Positions 1 through 6,911 of a stretch of DNA of 49,351 nucleotides are shown in pieces. The translations under genes were made by a program, and so were the position numbers. The stretch spans positions 7,099 through 56,449 of the forward strand of contig JBBTSQ010000025.1 in assembly GCA_038078755.1 (NCBI GenBank), given 5' to 3'. Within the stretch, counting starts at the first letter, position 1, and every line of letters begins with the position of its first letter. The notes under the pieces are model-generated. The model saw only the letters and a list, made by a program, of their open reading frames with translations, was not told where the DNA came from and ran no database searches. This DNA is from Patescibacteria group bacterium. Its GTDB lineage: Bacteria > Patescibacteriota > Minisyncoccia > Phycocordibacterales > JBAYGS01.

Positions 1-33
1 TCGCTTCGCGACCGCTCGACTTATCTCCTCTTA

Positions 34-375
34 TTATTGTGAGTTGTCTGTTGTTGGTTGTGGGTTTATTTCCTCCGTACTCGTCGCAGGAAGCACCTCT
101 AATCCACCATCAGTATCGAACTTCGTCTTCAAATCATCCACATTTTTACTAAAATTATCCGAGAATTGGGAGAATGATTTTTTGAGCGTATCAAACGGCC
201 CCGGCGCATCAACAGCGGGCAATGTATCCGTATTAGGAGTGGAAAAAGTCAGGGCGCGATTGGTCGAAAGCCATATACCAATAATCGCCACCACCAACAC
301 GATCGTCGTACCGATAGCAATCCGCTCGCGCACCACCGCTGGCTTATTTCGTACGTTTTGTAAAAAATCAGACAT
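34..375 (-). CDS. small membrane-anchored hypothetical protein (113 aa)
   Basis: ATG ORF with one TM helix (IAIGTTIVLVVAIIGIWL). The C-terminal tail PQPTTDNSQ is encoded by an A/C-only word tract (about 35-70). No family recognised. Confidence 0.45.
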   Translation of the reverse strand: MSDFLQNVRNKPAVVRERIAIGTTIVLVVAIIGIWLSTNRALTFSTPNTDTLPAVDAPGPFDTLKKSFSQFSDNFSKNVDDLKTKFDTDGGLEVLPATSTEEINPQPTTDNSQ

Positions 376-424
376 TTTTTGCTCTCCCCATTTAGAAATT
401 AGGAATTATAATTTAGAAATTGTG

Positions 425-1054
425 TTAGATTCTATCTAACACTACAACCTCGGCTTCTTTGCCTTCCAAATCTTTTTTCTTGAGCGTCAATTTATCTATC
501 GGCTTCACTCCCTCCTCGCCCGCTTCTTTCAAAAACGCTTTGAGCTCCTTACTTCCCGCCTCGCCATAGTGCATCGGAATAATCAGCTTTGGCTCGAGCG
601 CCACCGCAAGCTTGTACGCTTCTGCAGGAGAAAGCACCCCGTCGCCGCCGATCGGCACAAACAAAATATCAATATCATCGATCGCCCCTTTTGCATCAGA
701 TGAAAGCTCGGCACCGAGCGCACCCAAAAAACATAAGTTCATATTTTCAAGCGTCACACTATAGATAGTATTGATACGCTCTTCACCGCCTTCCAAAGAT
801 TTCGATGGCACGCCTTTGATAAACACACCTTTGACCTCATATTCTCCGGGACCGACAATCGCAAACGGCGTGCGATCGCCGTGAGTCACTTGCTCAATAC
901 CGTTGTAGTCGCGAGTATTGAGTGACACCAACGCAATGTCCGCCCCAAAACGCGTCTGGGGCAATTTTGATTCTTTGGAAATGGGATTAAAGGCTAGAAT
1001 CTTCTCGCCAAACTGCACCTTAAAAAATTCAGAGCCGTGGTAGGTGATGATCAT
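425..1054 (-). CDS. MBL-fold metal-dependent hydrolase (UPF0173-like)
   Basis: 209 aa. The N-terminus MIITYHGSEFFKVQFGEKILAFNP and the later LFVPIGG..PMHYG pattern are typical of the small beta-lactamase-fold hydrolase family. Confidence 0.65.
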   Translation of the reverse strand: MIITYHGSEFFKVQFGEKILAFNPISKESKLPQTRFGADIALVSLNTRDYNGIEQVTHGDRTPFAIVGPGEYEVKGVFIKGVPSKSLEGGEERINTIYSVTLENMNLCFLGALGAELSSDAKGAIDDIDILFVPIGGDGVLSPAEAYKLAVALEPKLIIPMHYGEAGSKELKAFLKEAGEEGVKPIDKLTLKKKDLEGKEAEVVVLDRI

Positions 1055-1120
1055 GATACTAAGAGTATAATAAAAAAACTGACAACATACAACTTACAAT
1101 CAGAAAAAAGGAGAAAGTAT

Positions 1121-1158
1121 GGAAAAAGAAAAAACGCGACCGTTGAGTTGGTCGCGTT
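1121..1158 (-). terminator. rho-independent terminator of the 1185-1823 ORF
   Basis: Stem AACGCGACC/GGTCGCGTT, followed on the minus strand by a T-run. Confidence 0.6.
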
Positions 1159-1184
1159 GCGAGACAGTGTCACATGTTTCGATT

Positions 1185-1823
1185 CTATTTCCAGAGAGCA
1201 CTGTCCGGAGCTCGGGAAAAGACACTGAGAGGTTCCTGACACAACCAAAAAGTGAGGATAAACGGACCTGCTCCATCAGCATTAGCCGTATGTGCTCGTA
1301 AGTGAGCCTTCAGCTCATCCACAGAAAGAGGTCTACACCCCAGCCGTTTTGTCGGCTGAGCGTTTGTCCCCAAACGAGTTTTGATGATTTTGTTTTTTGG
1401 TAGCTGATCAAACCGCTTGGAGATAAACCCTTCGATGTCGGTTACAACCGCCACATCCCGAATTGGACCCAACAGGGGCTTGTGCTGATTCAGCAGTCTG
1501 CGCGGGGGGTGATAAAAGTCTGCGTGTGGAATGATCTGATCAGTGACCAACACAGTGTAGCTAGCACCACCATCAACCGATGGCGACAGTAGCCACACAT
1601 GTTTCTGATCATCACTGGCCAAGAGCTTAAAAGAATTGACCGAATCACCTTCGAAACGAAGAATCGCTCGAAAGGTATCTGACGAAGCAGAAACAAACGA
1701 AGCCCACTCACCTTCACGGTAATAACGAATCTCTACCACGACGGAAAAGGAAACAGGAACATCCGCCCTTATCCCCTTGTCCATCCGCACCAACATCTGC
1801 GTGACATTGAACGTGTATTGCAT
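1185..1823 (-). CDS. orphan hypothetical protein (212 aa)
   Basis: Long ATG ORF with its own consensus promoter and terminator. No motif recognised. Confidence 0.5.
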   Translation of the reverse strand: MQYTFNVTQMLVRMDKGIRADVPVSFSVVVEIRYYREGEWASFVSASSDTFRAILRFEGDSVNSFKLLASDDQKHVWLLSPSVDGGASYTVLVTDQIIPHADFYHPPRRLLNQHKPLLGPIRDVAVVTDIEGFISKRFDQLPKNKIIKTRLGTNAQPTKRLGCRPLSVDELKAHLRAHTANADGAGPFILTFWLCQEPLSVFSRAPDSALWK

Positions 1824-1850
1824 AATTTTTTAAGAACCTTTCTATCTTCT

Positions 1851-1880
1851 ATTATACTATAGTATGTACCAATTTGTCAA
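1851..1880 (-). promoter_or_regulatory. sigma70-type promoter TTGACA-18-TATAAT for the 1185-1823 ORF
   Basis: The minus strand reads TTGACAaattggtacatactatagTATAAT, then GAAAGG about 12 nt before the ATG. Confidence 0.6.
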
Positions 1881-1895
1881 GTAAATTGGTGGTGT

Positions 1896-1930
1896 GTCAA
1901 AATAGCCTTATAAAACAAGGCTATTTTGAC
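1896..1930. repeat. 35-nt palindromic hairpin, family shared with 45008-45042
   Basis: GTCAAAATAGCCTT-ataaaac-AAGGCTATTTTGAC, a perfect 14-bp stem lying 15 nt upstream of the -35 box. Confidence 0.8.
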
Positions 1931-2025
1931 GAAAATTGGGCTATACAAAATTAATTCGATTAATTTTGTCGCCCGAATCCACCTAGGTGGATTTTAGGGA
2001 GATGAAATTGAAAGCAGGTTGGCGG

Positions 2026-2069
2026 GGCCAATAAGGCGAGTTTTGTCGACAAAACTCGCCTTATTGGCC
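2026..2069. repeat. perfect 44-nt palindrome
   Basis: GGCCAATAAGGCGAGTTTTGTC|GACAAAACTCGCCTTATTGGCC in a divergent intergenic region. Two more hairpins lie at about 1944-1969 and 1975-1994. Confidence 0.85.
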
Positions 2070-2119
2070 ATTTCTGTCGTCTGTGCTCTGACGTCTCTTG
2101 TCTTTCCCCCCCCCCTCGA

Positions 2120-2147
2120 TTGACACCTCCCCACTTTTGAGTATACT
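2120..2147 (+). promoter_or_regulatory. candidate promoter TTGACA-16-TATACT upstream of rpsA
   Basis: Sequence cgaTTGACAcctccccacttttgagTATACT. It implies a leader of about 250 nt before the rpsA ATG at 2401. Confidence 0.5.
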
Positions 2148-2400
2148 AAACGCTCATCCATTAATAGTCCGGAGTTTGGATAACGCCGTTGGTGACATGG
2201 GTCTTGTGTGCCGATTCTCGCCACCATCGACCAGTAATAACTTGGGGTTTCCAGTTGGATGCAATTCGCGAAGCAAGCGAGTATCACGACCAAAATGTAT
2301 ATGGAAATACATTGCGGGAGCGAACGGAGCTTGCGACAAAGAAGTGCGCCGACTGGAAGCTCCAGGACTCAAAACGGAAGCCAGATTCTGAAATAATAAT

Positions 2401-3627
2401 ATGGTATTAGGAATTTTTTCACGCAAGAAAAAGGAAGAAGTAAAAGCAGAGGCAGAAGTTGTTGCAGAATCTGCAGTTGCTGAATCATCAAAAAAGGAAT
2501 CTGCGCCAAAGGCAAAGGTTGCAAAAGCAAAAATTGAGGAGTCGGCCGAAGCGGTCATTCCCCAAAAACTGACCATGATGGATCAGCTGTTGTCTGACAG
2601 TGCAAATCCTCCGGCAATCGGCGACTTGGTTGAAGGTCCGGTCATTGCCATCGACAAATCTGGCGTCTATGTCGACCTTGCCCCAATCGGCACGGGCATT
2701 ATCTACGGTCGTGAATACATCAACGCCCGCGACATCATCAAAAAGATCAACATCGGTGATACCATCGCCGCAAAAGTAGTCGATACCGAACACAAAGAAG
2801 GCTACATCGAGTTGTCACTCAAAGAGGCTCGCCAAGCATTGATCTGGAGCGAAGCAGAAGATATTATCAAGAACAAAACCCTAGTTGAGCTTACCGTAAA
2901 AGAAGCCAACAAGGGTGGTTTGATCATGGAATGGCAAGGTATTGTCGGTTTCCTCCCTGCATCTCAACTCAAGGCAGACCACTACCCTCGCGTACAGGAT
3001 GGCGACAAAGATCGCATTCTTGAAGAATTGCGCAAATTGGTCGGCACACGCCTCACTGTCTCGATCATTGGTTCAGATCCGAAAGAGGGTAAATTGATCT
3101 TCTCTGAAAAGAGTCCGGTAGAAAAGGAGAAGGAGAAAATGACCGTCAAGTATAGTGTTGGCGATGAATTGGTCGGCGAAGTGACTGGTCTCGTAGACTT
3201 TGGTATCTTCGTGAAAGTCGAAGAAGGTCTGGAAGGCTTGGTACATATTTCTGAAATTGATTGGGCGCTCGTCGAGAATCCAAAAACACTCTACAAGATT
3301 GGCGACAAGGTGCGCGTGAAAGTGATTGAGGTCAAGGATGGTAAAGTATCGCTTTCAATCAAAGCGCTCAAGGAAAATCCATGGAAAGAAGCAGCCAAGA
3401 AATACAAGAAGGAACAAGCGGTAACTGGCGTGATTATCAAATTCAACAAACACGGCGCACTCGCTTCTATTGAAGAAGGTGTAGCGGGCCTCGTGCATGT
3501 GTCAGAGTTTGGTAGTGAAGACGTGCTTCGCAAAAAGCTCGAACTCGGCAAAACCTATCCGTTCAAGATTACGCTCTTTGATCCAAAAGAGCAGAAGATG
3601 ACGCTGTCGTTTGCCGGAACGAAGTAG
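2401..3627 (+). CDS. rpsA: 30S ribosomal protein S1 (four S1 domains)
   Basis: Repeated S1 OB-fold signatures (GDLVEGPVIAIDKSGVYVDL, GDELVGEVTGLVDFGIFVKV, AVTGVIIKFNKHGALASI). It has a K/E/A-rich N-terminal extension, so the start could be later (MMDQLL). Confidence 0.9.
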   Translation: MVLGIFSRKKKEEVKAEAEVVAESAVAESSKKESAPKAKVAKAKIEESAEAVIPQKLTMMDQLLSDSANPPAIGDLVEGPVIAIDKSGVYVDLAPIGTGIIYGREYINARDIIKKINIGDTIAAKVVDTEHKEGYIELSLKEARQALIWSEAEDIIKNKTLVELTVKEANKGGLIMEWQGIVGFLPASQLKADHYPRVQDGDKDRILEELRKLVGTRLTVSIIGSDPKEGKLIFSEKSPVEKEKEKMTVKYSVGDELVGEVTGLVDFGIFVKVEEGLEGLVHISEIDWALVENPKTLYKIGDKVRVKVIEVKDGKVSLSIKALKENPWKEAAKKYKKEQAVTGVIIKFNKHGALASIEEGVAGLVHVSEFGSEDVLRKKLELGKTYPFKITLFDPKEQKMTLSFAGTK

Positions 3628-3653
3628 TAAAATTAAGAAAAGGTGAAAAGAGA

Positions 3654-3697
3654 AAACCCCCTGCGACGGCCCATTTAGGCACGTCGCAGGGGGTTTT
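3654..3697. terminator. bidirectional terminator hairpin
   Basis: AAACCCCCTGCGAC...GTCGCAGGGGGTTTT between the convergent rpsA and 3703-3891 ORFs. Confidence 0.8.
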
Positions 3698-3702
3698 GCT
3701 TT

Positions 3703-3891
3703 TCAAAAGCACTGGCTGAAGAGATGCACAGCAAGCGCGCCCAAAAGCACGGTGGGTGGCAGTATGCCGAACACTACACAGATCACCTTGTGATCTCGCC
3801 GCTCACACTCACGCGTCTCGATCACCGCATACCACAGCCAGCCGAAGACACCGACAGTAAACACTACCCACCTCCACACATCGTAATTCAT
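3703..3891 (-). CDS. small two-TM hypothetical protein (62 aa)
   Basis: ATG ORF with two hydrophobic segments, flanked by terminators. Weak support. Confidence 0.35.
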   Translation of the reverse strand: MNYDVWRWVVFTVGVFGWLWYAVIETRECERRDHKVICVVFGILPPTVLLGALAVHLFSQCF

Positions 3892-3960
3892 ACAAAACCT
3901 TTCTCAAAGATGTTCTACTCTAATCAAAGCATACCCAACAAAATCACACAATCAAAAGAA

Positions 3961-3996
3961 AAAGCCCCGCCCTCGAGAGTACTCGGGGCGGGGCTT
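3961..3996 (-). terminator. GC-rich terminator hairpin after the 4004-4954 ORF
   Basis: AAAGCCCCGCCC...GGGGCGGGGCTT. Confidence 0.65.
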
Positions 3997-4003
3997 CGCG
4001 TGA

Positions 4004-4954
4004 TCATTTTTCGGCAATCTCCGACACTTCCCTCTTAAGCCAAAACTGCGTCAGCTCGGAAAGTTTTGCGATTCCTGCGAAAAGACTCAAACCCTGAATC
4101 GGCGAATCAACGTTGTGCGGGCTAAACTCAAATCCACATCGCCCGCCAGCTACCCGATCAAATGACCCGTCGATTCCAGTAGCGTTTCCCGGACAACTGA
4201 AATGAATCCCCCGGGCATCCAAACACTTGTGAAATGCGTACGGATCAGACGGCTTACCCATCATAGTGGCATAAGCGATCATCACCGCTTCCGACACTTC
4301 GCATATCAGCGCATCTTGTCGCGCCTGAGGCAAACTTTTGATGTAGTCCACCGCATCAGGACTGAGTACCCCAAAGACACCCGATCCTGATTGTCCCGGT
4401 TCGGCATTACACCGCACCGTGAGTGTCTGCCACTGAGTAGTCGGAAGATCAATTTCGGGAGGAAGATCCAGTATCCACAAGAGAATCACCAAACTCGATT
4501 GCAAAGCGTGAGCAGAGGTCCAATCACACTCTCTTTTCTTGCCAGAGCCATTACAGCTATAGCATTTGGCGCCAGACAATGGCTGTTTTTTCTGCCCATC
4601 GCAATACTGGCAAGCCTCGTGCGTATCAAACCAGATCACCGGCACCTTTGCCCAATATTCCACAAATGGGTCGCCTGATCTGCGGGGTTGTTTGACCAAT
4701 GCGCGATTGAAACCAAAGGTATCAGCAGAAAATGATCCGCAAAATTCGGAGTTGAGCAAGTCACCTCTCAGACCGTACATCTTCTCGAGATGCGCGACTA
4801 CCGGCGCAGTCGACGAGACATCTTCGAGCCCTGCCAGATACGCTTCGTGAATGCGAACGATGATCGTCGTATCCGAGCTTCGCCACCGCAGTTGATACCA
4901 ACACGCAATCGACTCATCCAAAAGCATCCGCGTCTTCCTCTGTGCAGAGTTCAT
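4004..4954 (-). CDS. orphan protein with DnaJ-type CxxCxGxG zinc-finger motifs (316 aa)
   Basis: Start re-chosen at the ATG giving MNSAQRK, because the longer ORF reads through a word tract. Contains CQYCDGQKK...CYSCNGSGKK. Locally GC-rich, with many shadow ORFs. Confidence 0.55.
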   Translation of the reverse strand: MNSAQRKTRMLLDESIACWYQLRWRSSDTTIIVRIHEAYLAGLEDVSSTAPVVAHLEKMYGLRGDLLNSEFCGSFSADTFGFNRALVKQPRRSGDPFVEYWAKVPVIWFDTHEACQYCDGQKKQPLSGAKCYSCNGSGKKRECDWTSAHALQSSLVILLWILDLPPEIDLPTTQWQTLTVRCNAEPGQSGSGVFGVLSPDAVDYIKSLPQARQDALICEVSEAVMIAYATMMGKPSDPYAFHKCLDARGIHFSCPGNATGIDGSFDRVAGGRCGFEFSPHNVDSPIQGLSLFAGIAKLSELTQFWLKREVSEIAEK

Positions 4955-5005
4955 TGTGTACCTTTCTTTGTAAAGTTCAAATTCTAGATACACTCTACTC
5001 CTTTT

Positions 5006-5135
5006 AAGAAAAACTAACAACAAACAACTCACCACCAACAATCAGAGTGAAAAGGATCGATTATTCACTTCAAATACTCGATTCTTTTCACTTTCAGATC
5101 CTGTTGTATGTTGTCAGTGGTAAGTTGTAAGTTTG
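5006..5135. repeat. inverted pair of A/C-only word tracts around a 15-bp hairpin
   Basis: Forward arm AAAAACTAACAACAAACAACTCACCACCAACAATCAGAG. Reverse arm TCAGATCCTGTTGTATGTTGTCAGTGGTAAGTTGTAAG. Central stem AGTGAAAAGGATCGA/TCGATTCTTTTCACT with one mismatch. Confidence 0.85.
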
Positions 5136-5137
5136 TC

Positions 5138-5755
5138 CTACAACCCATTAAACTCACTCATTGCTTTGTCGCGACCGTGCTCGACGAGGACAGAGAGGCC
5201 TTCAGCAACTTTCTTTGCAGACTTTTTAATCAGTTCTAATTCGGCTTTTTTGAATGGGTCGACAATAAAATCACCGATCAATTTTTCTCCGGACGGTTTT
5301 TTTAATTTGCCCGATGCAGTTGAAGGCGAAATCCCCATTCGTACCCGCACAAACGCTTCCGTGCCGATCGCTTTAATAATCGACTCGACGCCCTTGTGTC
5401 CACCAGAACTTTTATTAAAAGAAATTTTAAACTTACCAATTGGAATATCGAGGTCATCGTGAATCACCACCAGATTTTCTGCCACACCCCCTTTGAAAAC
5501 TTTAGACTTCGCCACTTTGACCAGAGACTTCACCGAAAGCCCCGACTTATTCATAAAAGTCTCGGGTTCAACAAGTGTTACTTTGTTTTTTGCCACACCC
5601 CCTTTCGAGACCGACGCATTTATTTTTTTATCCAACACAAAGTCATCTGCTGAAATAGATTTGGCAAATACACCCAGCACAATCCTGCCCGCGTTATGAC
5701 GAGTGAGCGCGTATTCCTCTCCGGGATTTCCGAGACCAACGATGATGTAGTGCAT
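5138..5755 (-). CDS. pth: peptidyl-tRNA hydrolase
   Basis: MHYIIVGLGNPGEEYALTRHNAG N-terminal signature. ORF-track residues 1-32 (5756-5851) are read-through of a stop-free word tract. Confidence 0.9.
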   Translation of the reverse strand: MHYIIVGLGNPGEEYALTRHNAGRIVLGVFAKSISADDFVLDKKINASVSKGGVAKNKVTLVEPETFMNKSGLSVKSLVKVAKSKVFKGGVAENLVVIHDDLDIPIGKFKISFNKSSGGHKGVESIIKAIGTEAFVRVRMGISPSTASGKLKKPSGEKLIGDFIVDPFKKAELELIKKSAKKVAEGLSVLVEHGRDKAMSEFNGL

Positions 5756-5760
5756 AGGGG

Positions 5761-5858
5761 GAGTATATAACAAACAACTAACAACACACAACAGACCAGA
5801 AACCGACAACCCACAACAAATAACTGACAACTCACAACATACAACAAACAATCAGAAG
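5761..5858. repeat. long A/C-only word tract
   Basis: CAAACAACTAACAACACACAACAGACCAGAAACCGACAACCCACAACAAATAACTGACAACTCACAACATACAACAAACAATCAGAAG. Confidence 0.85.
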
Positions 5859-5871
5859 AGAAAATTCCCCG

Positions 5872-6195
5872 AAATTAGGTTAAAGGCTCAACCCTGAATA
5901 GCCTGTCGGGTTGAGCCTTTAACCTAATTTTAACTAAAAACCACTAAAAATACTGCATCAAAAATCGTGTGATAATTCTCTAAACGGCCTTGCAGTAGAG
6001 CCATGAAATGCTCGAACGGCTCACCGAAGCACCATATGTATCGAACGTATGGGTAAAGAGTAATAGGGTGTTACTGGTTCTTTTATGTAGTATGCTTGTA
6101 AGTAATAAGCATGGTGCTCGGTGAGCCGTTTAGCACTTCTACGTTCCAGTTGAGCCGTTTTTTGGCGAAAAAGCCAAAAAACGGCTCAACCGAGC
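5872..6195. repeat. GAGCC/GGCTC modular hairpin repeat, copy A
   Basis: 23-bp perfect stem AAATTAGGTTAAAGGCTCAACCC/GGGTTGAGCCTTTAACCTAATTT (5872-5930), then a body shared with copies B and C (TAGAGCCATGAAATGC..GAACGGCTCAC). It ends in an 18-bp stem GTTGAGCCGTTTTTTGGC/GCCAAAAAACGGCTCAAC. Confidence 0.8.
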
Positions 6196-6295
6196 CAATA
6201 AATCCCCCATTGTGCAAAATATCGATCGGTAGTACAATAGCGCCACTCTCTGCTGTATTTCTGACAGGCACGATTGGTTTCCTAGCCCATATTGT

Positions 6296-6901
6296 ATGTC
6301 TCTCGACCCCATCTCACCCACCCCAACCGAATCGCTCACCCATCCCACTCGCAAAAGTGAGTGGCAAGAACTCCTCCGTTTTGCGCTCACCGTACTTATT
6401 GTTGTCGTTCCTATCAGACTCTATGTTGTCCAGCCATTTATCGTCTCTGGCGAATCAATGCACCCAACTTTTAGTGATGGCGAATACCTCATCGTTGATG
6501 AAGTAAGTTACCGTTTCCAAAAACCAACCCGAGGCGAGACTATTATTTTCCGCCCACCACTTAATACCAAAAAATTCTACATCAAACGTATCGTCGGACT
6601 GCCGAAAGAGACTATCTCAATCTCCGACACAAAAGTTATCATCAAAAATGCCGACAATCCGGACGGATTCATTCTCGACGAATCATATGTCAAAGTCCCG
6701 TGGTCAAGCACACTCACCAAAACGCTCGGCGACAATGAATACTTTGTCATGGGCGACAATCGATCCGCCAGCTCGGATTCACGAGTGTGGGGAGCATTGC
6801 CAGAGGACAACATTATCGGCCGACCGCTCGTCCGTCTGTATCCATTGAAAACCATCGAGGCATTTCCGGGCACAAGCATGCAAAAGACGTCTACCAATTA
6901 A
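6296..6901 (+). CDS. lepB: signal peptidase I
   Basis: N-terminal TM, SGESMHPTF serine box and GDNRSASSDSR box. Confidence 0.9.
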   Translation: MSLDPISPTPTESLTHPTRKSEWQELLRFALTVLIVVVPIRLYVVQPFIVSGESMHPTFSDGEYLIVDEVSYRFQKPTRGETIIFRPPLNTKKFYIKRIVGLPKETISISDTKVIIKNADNPDGFILDESYVKVPWSSTLTKTLGDNEYFVMGDNRSASSDSRVWGALPEDNIIGRPLVRLYPLKTIEAFPGTSMQKTSTN

Positions 6902-6911
6902 CTCGCGCCGT

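Noticed and set aside
5756-5851. N-terminal 32-aa extension of the pth ORF (MFVVCCELSVICC...)
   Set aside because: It is translation of the reverse complement of an A/C-only word tract that cannot contain stops. The conserved Pth N-terminus starts at the ATG at 5753-5755.
5761-5858. Possible CRISPR array among the repetitive word tracts (also 9875-9970, 15697-15730, 23430-23505)
   Set aside because: There are no regularly spaced identical repeats of 24-40 nt separated by unique spacers. The periodicity is about 8-10 nt and degenerate, and no cas genes are present.
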